A stretch of DNA of 64,000 bases from a phage. The notes below the pieces were generated by a model. The model saw only the letters and a program-made list of their open reading frames with translations. It did no database searches and was not told the DNA's origin. Below are positions 37,474 to 46,599 of the stretch, in pieces. The DNA lies in the sequence record PZ452578.1. One strand, given 5' to 3'. The position numbers were made by a program, and so were the translations under genes. Position 1 is the first letter of the stretch. Each line of letters begins with the position of its first letter.

Positions 37474-37560
37474 TGGTGGGGAGTGATGGAGTCGAACCAC
37501 CCGAGTCGCAATGACAATGGATTTACAGTCCACACCGCTACCTCTACGGGATAACTCCCC
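37474..37560 (-). tRNA. tRNA-like, Tyr-type (anticodon GUA, long variable arm), non-canonical D region
   Basis: Acceptor GGGGAGT/ACTCCCC, anticodon loop CTGTAAA, T-loop TTCGACT, CCA encoded; 4-nt linker before 3-bp D stem. Confidence 0.45.
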
Positions 37561-37569
37561 TAATTAATT

Positions 37570-37644
37570 TGGTGGCCCTGGGTGGAATTGAACCACCATC
37601 TGGCGATTATGAGTCGCTTGCTTGAACCTTCCAGCTACAGGGCC
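37570..37644 (-). tRNA. tRNA-Ile/Met type (anticodon CAU)
   Basis: Acceptor GGCCCTG/CAGGGCC, anticodon loop CTCATAA, T-loop TTCAATT, CCA encoded. Confidence 0.75.
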
Positions 37645-37645
37645 T

Positions 37646-37721
37646 TGGTGCTGATTGACGGAATCGAACCGCCGACCTTCTCATTACAAGTGAGTTGCTC
37701 TACCTACTGAGCTAAATCAGC
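37646..37721 (-). tRNA. tRNA-Thr (anticodon UGU)
   Basis: Acceptor GCTGATT/AATCAGC, D-stem GCTC/GAGC, anticodon loop CTTGTAA, CCA encoded. Confidence 0.8.
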
Positions 37722-37726
37722 AAAAC

Positions 37727-37816
37727 TGGCGGAGGCGATAGGATTTGAACCTATGAGTCGCCGGAGCGACTGCCGGTTTTCAAGACCGGTGCATTAAACC
37801 ACTCTGCCACGCCTCC
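37727..37816 (-). tRNA. tRNA-Ser (anticodon UGA), long variable arm
   Basis: Acceptor GGAGGCG/CGCCTCC, anticodon loop CTTGAAA, T-loop TTCAAAT, CCA encoded. Confidence 0.8.
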
Positions 37817-37818
37817 AG

Positions 37819-37892
37819 TCTCCATACAAGGATTTGAACCTTGGACCTCCTGATCCCAAATCAGGCGCTCTACCAAACTGAGCTACACGGAG
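37819..37892 (-). tRNA. tRNA-Pro (anticodon UGG)
   Basis: Acceptor CTCCGTG/TATGGAG, anticodon loop TTTGGGA, T-loop TTCAAAT; CCA not encoded. Confidence 0.8.
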
Positions 37893-37902
37893 TAAATTAA
37901 AT

Positions 37903-37976
<74 letters not shown>

Positions 37977-37981
37977 AAATT

Positions 37982-38068
37982 TGGTGCGAGAAGTGGGACT
38001 CGAACCCACAAGGAAATCATTCCGCAGCATTTTAAGTGCTGTGCCTTTACCAATTTGACCATTCTCGC
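37982..38068 (-). tRNA. tRNA-Leu (anticodon UAA), long variable arm
   Basis: Acceptor GCGAGAA/TTCTCGC, anticodon loop CTTAAAA, T-loop TTCGAGT, CCA encoded. Confidence 0.8.
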
Positions 38069-38069
38069 G

Positions 38070-38142
38070 CTGGGAATAAAGGACTCGAACCTTTGCATCC
38101 TGGAATCAAAATCCAGTGCCTTACCAACTTGGCTAATTCCCA
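38070..38142 (-). tRNA. tRNA-Gln (anticodon UUG)
   Basis: Acceptor TGGGAAT/ATTCCCA, anticodon loop TTTTGAT, T-loop TTCGAGT; 1 nt from tRNA-Leu. Confidence 0.8.
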
Positions 38143-38228
38143 ATTATTAACAAAGGCTCTCAAACAAGAACCCTTGATGATAGAGGGTATTAATCAGTGC
38201 GGTATGAGTTAATAATAACAAATAATTC

Positions 38229-38744
38229 TTAAAGCAAATTAAACATTTTAACAGTCGGCAAAACAATTTCTTCTTCGATATAAGCAAATTCTACATGTTC
38301 AACTACACGCAAGAAATCATATTCATAGTATTCAGAAGCATGACCAAGAATATCAATGAGGCCTTCAGATATCTTATTACCATTCACAAAGAATAAATCA
38401 AATACACGTTCTTCGTCTTCTTCGGATTTATTACCAAGGTCAACTTCTATATCAAAAACCTTTTTAATGAATTCTGGATAAAGTTGTTCTGAGAACAGTC
38501 CTTCAACCAAATATTCATATATAAAAAGCTCTTGCTCGCTGAACAACCCATTACCACAATAACGGTCAGCTTTAGTGCTAGAATGACGACTCTTAAACTT
38601 CTTCAAAAGATATTTAAATTGTTGGAGCTCATGCTCTTCTACGCCAAACAGTGTTTTGGTTTTATAGTTATCACCATCATTTTCCCAGGTAGTGACATCA
38701 ATTACGTAACCCTTAGGAATTGTGCTGCCTAAACGAATATACAT
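38229..38744 (-). CDS. Hypothetical acidic protein (171 aa)
   Basis: ORF track. Confidence 0.45.
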   Translation of the reverse strand: MYIRLGSTIPKGYVIDVTTWENDGDNYKTKTLFGVEEHELQQFKYLLKKFKSRHSSTKADRYCGNGLFSEQELFIYEYLVEGLFSEQLYPEFIKKVFDIEVDLGNKSEEDEERVFDLFFVNGNKISEGLIDILGHASEYYEYDFLRVVEHVEFAYIEEEIVLPTVKMFNLL

Positions 38745-39034
38745 TTGTTCACCATATTAATGTAAGTATATTTAATACATTCAAGACCCAAAGGATTCTT
38801 GAAAATATCATATTCAAGAGGACCTTTTTCTGTTTCAATAAAGAAATCAAAATTTACTGTATTAAATTTACGGTCTTCCTTCACTAATTTAACTTGAGAA
38901 GATGAACGGTCAATGTAAACCTTTTCAACTTCAAAACATGTTAAAATGCCATAATCATCAATCAAGGCTTTAGCCGCATCTTGATCATATTTATATCCAT
39001 TTTCAACGGACGATACTTTCGCATAAAGAATCAT
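38729..39034 (-). CDS. Hypothetical protein (101 aa)
   Basis: ORF track. Confidence 0.4.
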   Translation of the reverse strand: MILYAKVSSVENGYKYDQDAAKALIDDYGILTCFEVEKVYIDRSSSQVKLVKEDRKFNTVNFDFFIETEKGPLEYDIFKNPLGLECIKYTYINMVNKCIFV

Positions 39035-39036
39035 TA

Positions 39037-39426
39037 TTAGCCTTCATCAACAATAGTATGAGTATGGGCATTTACAATTTGCCACCAATCAAAGCGATTG
39101 GAACCATACATTGGTTTGTTTTCATTTTCTTTGATAATATCACGAAGTTCATCTTCGGTAGCGGCTTTCGCGATTAAATCAGCATATCCACCACGAGGAT
39201 AATAATTATCACCTGCAAAAAGTAAAAAATTTGGTTTAATATTATTAAACTCTTCAAGAGTAATAACTGTTCCACCAGGTTGAACAATATCTACATAACT
39301 ATATCCTAATTTTTGAGCAGCATCTACTGCTTCAAGCAGGGTATCATGAGCCCATCCAATTTGGCAATCTGGCTTTTCAGATGGATTAGCTTGATAATCT
39401 GCATACACTTTATACATTCTATTCAC
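39037..39426 (-). CDS. Hypothetical protein (129 aa)
   Basis: ORF track. Confidence 0.45.
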   Translation of the reverse strand: MNRMYKVYADYQANPSEKPDCQIGWAHDTLLEAVDAAQKLGYSYVDIVQPGGTVITLEEFNNIKPNFLLFAGDNYYPRGGYADLIAKAATEDELRDIIKENENKPMYGSNRFDWWQIVNAHTHTIVDEG

Positions 39427-39604
39427 CTTTAGAAATTTTATCCATAACGATAGCGATTAAACCAATTAAAAATGCTACTACAAGTGAAAAAACATTTTCT
39501 GCTGTAGTCAATAATCCGCATATAAATCCAACAAACATTGAAAAACTAAAAGCAGAAGCAGAAATTGCAATAGCAACATTTCGAATTAATTCACAACGTT
39601 TCAT
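39419..39604 (-). CDS. Small membrane protein (61 aa)
   Basis: Two hydrophobic helices. Confidence 0.35.
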   Translation of the reverse strand: MKRCELIRNVAIAISASAFSFSMFVGFICGLLTTAENVFSLVVAFLIGLIAIVMDKISKGE

Positions 39605-39632
39605 TTTATTCTCCTCAGTAGTTGATAGGGTA

Positions 39633-39662
39633 ATAGTATCACTACTAAAACCCTATGTAAAC
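39633..39662 (-). promoter_or_regulatory. T4-type early promoter
   Basis: minus strand GTTTAC-18nt-TACTAT with AGTGA; shares gtaaacaactttgtgaaatt block with 40028-40047 and 8427-8446. Confidence 0.5.
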
Positions 39663-39681
39663 AACTTTGTGAAATTGTTTA

Positions 39682-39972
39682 TTACAAAAGATTTTTAGCA
39701 ATAATCTTGAGATGTGCTGCAGAAATGTGTTTAGCTTTAAACAACGCAGTTTCTTCAGCAGGAGAGATAACGATTGTAGCACCATCCTTTTTAGCAGACC
39801 ACCCATCACCTAAGTAAACAGTACCTTTGATTTCTTCGCCATCAACCAGACTAATCATTGGTTTACCTTCTCGTCCTTTATTTGCTTTAATAACTTCAGA
39901 AGTAAGAGTAGCTTCGGTAATGGTAGAAACCGGGGTAGTTGTAGTAGAAGTAAATTCTTTAAATGTTTTCAT
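39682..39972 (-). CDS. ipI: Internal protein I
   Basis: 96 aa MKTFKEFTSTTTTPVSTITEATLTSEVIKANKGREGKPMISLVDGEEIKG...; capsid-targeting leader with ITE/A site. Confidence 0.8.
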   Translation of the reverse strand: MKTFKEFTSTTTTPVSTITEATLTSEVIKANKGREGKPMISLVDGEEIKGTVYLGDGWSAKKDGATIVISPAEETALFKAKHISAAHLKIIAKNLL

Positions 39973-40003
39973 TTTTATTTTCCTAATTAATTTTGATGAG
40001 GTA

Positions 40004-40033
40004 ATAGTATCACTACCTCATCAACGTGTAAAC
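40004..40033 (-). promoter_or_regulatory. T4-type early promoter (ipI)
   Basis: minus strand GTTTAC-18nt-TACTAT. Confidence 0.55.
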
Positions 40034-40045
40034 AACTTTGTGAAA

Positions 40046-40730
<685 letters not shown>

Positions 40731-40731
<1 letters not shown>

Positions 40732-41456
40732 TATAGTACCTTTAGTGTATTTTTAATTTTAGAAAAAAGTTCTTCAAGAGAACCATCGTTTGTAATTACT
40801 AAATCGCCATCACGAATTGGCAATCCAGCTTCTGTAATATGTGTATCATTGGATTTTTGACCAGGACGAACTACATGAATTACTGTAGCACCCATCGCCC
40901 TAGCCGCATCCATTTCATGATCTTGACGGGTATCAGGAACGATATAATAATCATAACCTGAGTTAAATTTATCAAGATAATCTAAAGCAAATAATTTTAC
41001 CCAGTACATGCGGTCGAAGTTATTAACAATCAAATCCGTACCTAGGGCTTGCATCAGACGACGGACTGACCATTGATCTTCAATATTATTTATAACGTCA
41101 ATAATCTTGTTAAATGCTACGGAATTAACTGATTCTTGTCCTTCGTCATCAAAAACAAACACACCCTTAATTGGGCTTTTACCATTAAGATAGCAAAATG
41201 CTTGTTCCATAATCGTGATTACTTCTAATTTAGTCAGATTTAAATTAGTCTCACGATCATAGTCAATTCCTTCAAACTCTTTACGAGTTAAACAAGGATA
41301 GTCAGTGTTTGCTGCAAATACTCCCCATGCATAAGCCAATGCATCCTTAATAGGACCAGCAAGTTGATATTTAACTGCAGAATAATTATTCATGATAAAA
41401 TCTGCAGTAGTATCTTTTCCACTACGCTTTACACCGCTTAAAAAGATTAGTTTCAT
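40731..41456 (-). CDS. 1: Deoxynucleoside monophosphate kinase
   Basis: 241 aa from ATG 41454-41456 (MKLIFLSGVKRSGKDTTADF...); P-loop GVKRSGKD; the track ORF extends 13 codons upstream. Confidence 0.9.
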
Positions 41457-41505
41457 GTGTTTCTCCTCAAATTTGATTAAGATTATAACACACAAAACTG
41501 AAGCA

Positions 41506-42036
41506 TTAAACTTCTGCTATAATTTTACCATCTTTTTCTACTTGAAAATAGGTGTAAGGAATCGTTGCAGTACATACTAAAGCCGGGTCTGAATCTTCTG
41601 TGTAGCTAAATTCTACTTCAGATAGGTCAGAAACCCAAGGCTTATAAAAATTTATTGACATCACGATTTCAGTTTTGCTATTATCTAAGATGTAAAGCGT
41701 AATGTACTCAGGACCTGTTTTTTGGGCAGTATTTTCACCTGTAAGATAGTTGCTAGTTCCTAGCATCCATTCATACATTCCTATCCATGACTTAAGTTCT
41801 TCATCAACTATAAATCTCACGATGAGTGGATCATACTCGAATGTAACGCCTGGACGTTGTGCTCGGCCCAGTCCAAACGGCCCAGTCACGGTATCAGTAA
41901 CAGGTATTCTAATTCCTGGAATAGGAACTGACTGAGCATTTAAAGTAAAAGCAGATGTAGTATTACTATGTGGTATTGATACTACAAAGTTAGTTGTATT
42001 TGCTTGGTTAAAAATTTGTTGCAGAGCTTGCGACAT
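41506..42036 (-). CDS. 3: Tail completion / sheath stabiliser gp3
   Basis: 176 aa from ATG 42034-42036 (MSQALQQIFNQANTTNF...) with GAGGA SD. Confidence 0.85.
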   Translation of the reverse strand: MSQALQQIFNQANTTNFVVSIPHSNTTSAFTLNAQSVPIPGIRIPVTDTVTGPFGLGRAQRPGVTFEYDPLIVRFIVDEELKSWIGMYEWMLGTSNYLTGENTAQKTGPEYITLYILDNSKTEIVMSINFYKPWVSDLSEVEFSYTEDSDPALVCTATIPYTYFQVEKDGKIIAEV

Positions 42037-42142
42037 ATATTCCTCATAATGCTTTATAACTGTTGGTGGTATAATGGGTCTAAGTCCCTTCCATTCAATT
42101 CCATTTAGAACAAACAACAGAAAAGAATGGAAGATAATAGAA

Positions 42143-42967
42143 TTAGATATTTGACCAGACTTTGTTTGCAGAGAAACGTTTTCCTTTTGAAACGAACTGC
42201 TGAAGTGGCATCAACACAACGTTCGCCCAGTCTTTCGGGGCGATTTCAACAAGGCTACCCATAATATTACCAGGTATATATGCCTTAATCATTTGGTCTG
42301 CACCCCTAAATCCTTTCACTTGACTCCAATCAATTTTTAATTTCGTTTTATTAGTAATAGTAGGTGTATTTGCATATTGCTTTAAAAGCTCTTCTAGGAA
42401 TTGCTGACGAGCTTTAGGTGGAATATAGTGCAAGTTTAATCCGTACATTAAATTATGCTTACCTAAACCAAGATAAATTATTAAAGGAAATTTATCCCAG
42501 TAAGGAAGAGTTTCCTTGTGTTTAGCATCATAAGCAAAAGCATATATTCGTCCCGGCTGCGGGCGAACAACTTTATGTCCTTTTACTTGCTTAATAGTTT
42601 CAGCAAACCACTTTCTAGTTTTATTATTAATTGCTGCACCTTCATTACGAATTTTATCACGCAATGTTTGTCTGAATGAATTTATCATAAGCAGTTGTCT
42701 TTCTTGCTTATTGAGTTTATTCATTGGTTTTGATTCAAGCTTTTGAATCTTTTCGGCTGTTTTAATTCCTGAAGCATATTTTGACATTGCCGAAGTAAAC
42801 GTAGAATATTTAATTCCTCTTTCTTCAGCAAATTGCTTTCCTGTCATTCCTTTTGCTTTGGCCTTTTTGTATTCAAGACCTATCTGAATCCATTTCTTTT
42901 CGTTTAATGATTGCTTAACCTTTGGAACTTGGGGAGTGCTTTCATTAATTATTTGAAAAATAGCCAT
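42143..42967 (-). CDS. 2: DNA end protector protein gp2
   Basis: 274 aa; TAATG coupling with gene 4. Confidence 0.85.
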
Positions 42968-43419
42968 TATGCCCCCTTAAAGCCAAGAGCTCGTAATCCA
43001 TCTTCTGTTAGAATTCTAAATTTTATTCCACGCTTTTCAGCTAAAGATTGCGCTGCTTTCCATTTGTCAGTGTTCACAGACCAGGTATAAATTTCATTCA
43101 TAAATCTTTTCTTCGCTGCGGTTGTTAGATGTGCTGGTTTAACTGGTGGTTGTGTTTCTTTTTTAGGTTTTATTTCAATAAAAAATTCTTGTCCAGAAGA
43201 ATCTTTCATCCAAATATCCATGAAGTATCTACGTTTTTTCCCTTCGGCATTACAAAAATAAGGAATTACTGCTGTTTCACTACCCCATGCAATAATTTCT
43301 GGATTTTTATCTAACCATTCAAAAAAGAATTTTTCCCAATTTGATCTATACGTAATTTTTTTAGGGTCACCTCTATACTTTGATATATTTTTAGGAACCC
43401 ATTTTCCAGAATATGCCAT
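42967..43419 (-). CDS. 4: Head completion protein gp4
   Basis: 150 aa; late promoter upstream. Confidence 0.85.
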
Positions 43420-43430
43420 TGGATTCTCCT

Positions 43431-43438
43431 TATAAATA
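43431..43438 (+). promoter_or_regulatory. T4 late promoter box TATAAATA (gene 53)
   Basis: tataaata 29 nt upstream of ATG 43467, SD GGAGGG. Confidence 0.55.
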
Positions 43439-43445
43439 GATAATA

Positions 43446-43453
43446 TATTTATA
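43446..43453 (-). promoter_or_regulatory. T4 late promoter box TATAAATA (gene 4), divergent from gene 53 promoter
   Basis: plus tatttata. Confidence 0.5.
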
Positions 43454-43466
43454 AACAGGAGGGCCC

Positions 43467-44057
43467 ATGCTCTTTACATTTTTTGATCCGATTGAATATG
43501 CGGCCAAAACGGTGAATAAAAACGCGCCGACTATTCCTATGACAGATATTTTTAGAAACTATAAAGACTATTTTAAACGCGCTCTTGCGGGATACCGCTT
43601 ACGTACTTATTATATCAAAGGTTCACCCCGCCCAGAAGAATTAGCAAATACTATATATGGAAATCCGCAGTTGTATTGGGTTTTATTGATGTGTAATGAT
43701 AATTATGATCCATATTATGGATGGATTACTTCACAAGAAGCTGCTTATCAAGCATCTATACAAAAATACAAAAATGTAGGTGGAGACCAAATAGTATATC
43801 ACGTGAATGAGAACGGTGAAAAATTTTATAATTTAATATCATACGATGATAATCCATATGTTTGGTATGATAAAGGCGATAAAGCTAGAAAATACCCCCA
43901 ATATGAAGGAGCACTTGCTGCGGTCGATACGTATGAAGCGGCTGTTCTTGAAAATGAAAAACTTCGTCAAATAAAAATAATAGCAAAATCAGACATCAAT
44001 TCATTTATGAACGACCTTATACGTATAATGGAGAAATCTTATGGAAATGATAAGTAA
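43467..44057 (+). CDS. 53: Baseplate wedge protein gp53
   Basis: 196 aa; length and order as in T4. Confidence 0.88.
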   Translation: MLFTFFDPIEYAAKTVNKNAPTIPMTDIFRNYKDYFKRALAGYRLRTYYIKGSPRPEELANTIYGNPQLYWVLLMCNDNYDPYYGWITSQEAAYQASIQKYKNVGGDQIVYHVNENGEKFYNLISYDDNPYVWYDKGDKARKYPQYEGALAAVDTYEAAVLENEKLRQIKIIAKSDINSFMNDLIRIMEKSYGNDK

Positions 44058-45768
44058 TAACCTTAATTGGTTTGTTGGTGTTGTTGAAGATAGAATGGAC
44101 CCATTAAAATTAGGTCGTGTTCGTGTTCGTGTGGTTGGTCTGCATCCACCTCAAAGAGCACAAGGTGATGTAATGGGTATTCCAACTGAAAAATTACCAT
44201 GGATGTCAGTTATTCAACCTATAACTTCTGCAGCAATGTCTGGAATTGGAGGTTCTGTTACTGGACCGGTAGAAGGAACTAGAGTTTATGGTCATTTTTT
44301 AGACAAATGGAAAACTAACGGAATTGTCCTTGGCACGTATGGCGGAATAGTTCGCGAAAAACCGAATAGACTTGAAGGATTTTCTGACCCAACTGGGCAA
44401 TATCCTAGACGTTTAGGAAATGATACTAACGTACTAAACCAAGGCGGAGAAGTAGGATATGATTCCTCTTCTAACGTTATTCAAGATAGTAACTTAGACA
44501 CTGCAATAAATCCCGATGATAGACCACTATCAGAGATTCCAACCGATGATAATCCAAATATGTCAATGACTGAAATGCTTCGCCGTGATGAAGGATTAAG
44601 ACTAAAAGTTTATTGGGATACCGAAGGATATCCGACAATTGGTATTGGTCATCTTATCATGAAGCAGCCAGTTCGTGATATGGCTCAAATTAATAAAGTT
44701 TTATCAAAACAAGTTGGTCGTGAAATTACAGGAAATCCAGGTTCTATTACAATGGAAGAGGCGACGACTTTATTTGAGCGTGATTTGGCTGATATGCAAC
44801 GTGACATTAAATCGCATTCTAAAGTAGGACCAGTCTGGCAAGCTGTTAACCGTTCTCGTCAAATGGCATTAGAAAATATGGCATTTCAGATGGGTGTTGG
44901 TGGTGTAGCTAAATTTAACACAATGTTAACTGCTATGTTAGCAGGAGATTGGGAAAAAGCGTATAAAGCCGGTCGTGATTCATTATGGTATCAACAAACA
45001 AAAGGCCGTGCATCCCGTGTTACCATGATTATTCTTACGGGAAATTTAGAATCATATGGCGTTGAAGTGAAAACCCCAGCTAGGTCTCTATCAGCAATGG
45101 CTGCTACTGTAGCTAAATCTTCTGACCCTGCTGACCCTCCTATTCCAAATGACTCGAGAATTTTATTCAAAGAACCAGTTTCTTCATATAAAGGTGAATA
45201 TCCTTATGTGCATACAATGGAAACTGAAAGTGGACATATTCAGGAATTTGATGATACCCCTGGGCAAGAACGATACAGATTAGTTCATCCAACTGGAACT
45301 TATGAAGAAGTATCACCGTCAGGAAGAAGAACAAGAAAAACTGTTGATAATTTGTATGATATAACCAACGCTGATGGTAATTTTTTGGTAGCCGGTGATA
45401 AAAAGACTAACGTCGGTGGATCAGAAATTTATTACAACATGGATAATCGTCTTCACCAGATAGATGGAAGCAATACAATATTTGTACGTGGCGACGAAAC
45501 GAAAACTGTTGAAGGTAATGGAACTATCCTAGTTAAAGGTAATGTTACTATTGTAGTTGAAGGCAATGCTGACATTACAGTTAAAGGAGATGCTACCACT
45601 TTAGTTGAAGGAAATCAAACTAATACAGTAAATGGAAATCTTTCTTGGAAAGTTGCTGGGACAGTTGATTGGGACGTTGGTGGTGATTGGACAGAAAAAA
45701 TGGCATCTATGAGTTCTATTTCATCTGGTCAATACACAATTGATGGATCGAGGATTGACATTGGCTAA
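44041..45768 (+). CDS. 5: Baseplate hub and tail lysozyme gp5
   Basis: 575 aa; internal T4-lysozyme-like domain (MTEMLRRDEGLRLKVYWDTEGYPTIGIGHL); C-terminal VxGxxxxxV beta-helix repeats. Confidence 0.92.
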   Translation: MEMISNNLNWFVGVVEDRMDPLKLGRVRVRVVGLHPPQRAQGDVMGIPTEKLPWMSVIQPITSAAMSGIGGSVTGPVEGTRVYGHFLDKWKTNGIVLGTYGGIVREKPNRLEGFSDPTGQYPRRLGNDTNVLNQGGEVGYDSSSNVIQDSNLDTAINPDDRPLSEIPTDDNPNMSMTEMLRRDEGLRLKVYWDTEGYPTIGIGHLIMKQPVRDMAQINKVLSKQVGREITGNPGSITMEEATTLFERDLADMQRDIKSHSKVGPVWQAVNRSRQMALENMAFQMGVGGVAKFNTMLTAMLAGDWEKAYKAGRDSLWYQQTKGRASRVTMIILTGNLESYGVEVKTPARSLSAMAATVAKSSDPADPPIPNDSRILFKEPVSSYKGEYPYVHTMETESGHIQEFDDTPGQERYRLVHPTGTYEEVSPSGRRTRKTVDNLYDITNADGNFLVAGDKKTNVGGSEIYYNMDNRLHQIDGSNTIFVRGDETKTVEGNGTILVKGNVTIVVEGNADITVKGDATTLVEGNQTNTVNGNLSWKVAGTVDWDVGGDWTEKMASMSSISSGQYTIDGSRIDIG

Positions 45769-45802
45769 TATACTTCCAATGAGCGCTGATTTAGGAGAAT
45801 CC

Positions 45803-46297
45803 ATGGAAGGTTCTTCTATCGACGTCACCTTTACCGCTCAATTAGAAACGGGTGAAACGTTAGTATCTATAAATATAACTAGTTACGAAGAAACTCCTGG
45901 GGTTTTAGTAGAAGAAAATCGCTTATATGGAACATATGAATCTGTATTTGGTTTCGGAAATGACGCGTTGAAATATCGTTTAGGCGATGAATTTAAAACT
46001 GCTGCTTCATGGGAAGAACTTCCTACTGATTCTGATACTCAGTTGTATTTGTGGAAAGCTCCTCAAAATCTCCAGAAGACATTCACTTACGAAGTAACAT
46101 TAATATATGACTACCAAGAACAAAGTGAATCTGGGGGTTCTGGCAGTAATTCTAGGTCATCTTCTGATACTACTGAACCGACGGATCCTCCTGCTCCAGT
46201 AAGAAAAACTCTCGTTAAAAATTATACTAAAACTATAGTTGGAAATTGGAGTCGTTGGGCTAATAAATTGAGAAGCTATGTGTATGAGAGGCCATAA
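45803..46297 (+). CDS. gp5.1-like protein
   Basis: ATG 45803 with AGGAG SD (track ORF starts earlier at 45740); acidic, Ser/Gly-rich region. Confidence 0.55.
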
Positions 46298-46591
46298 ATG
46301 TCAGGATTAAGTTATGATAAGTGTGTTACTGCTGGCCATGAAGCGTGGCCTCCAACAGTTGTGAATGCTACACAAAGTAAAGTATTCACTGGAGGAATTG
46401 CTGTTCTAGTAGCAGGCGATCCAATTACAGAACATACAGAAATTAAAAAGCCATATGAAACACATGGCGGAGTGACACAACCCAGAACTTCTAAGGTATA
46501 TGTCACTGGAAAGAAAGCTGTTCAAATGGCTGATCCAATATCATGCGGTGATACTGTGGCTCAGGCATCATCTAAAGTATTCATTAAATAG
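46298..46591 (+). CDS. 5.4: PAAR-repeat spike tip protein gp5.4
   Basis: 97 aa; length and position match T4 gp5.4. Confidence 0.75.
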
Positions 46592-46599
46592 GATTTAAA

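Noticed and set aside
44041-45768. Lysozyme-like segment inside gp5 as a separate gene
   Set aside because: It is the known internal lysozyme domain of the baseplate hub protein and in-frame with the rest of gp5.
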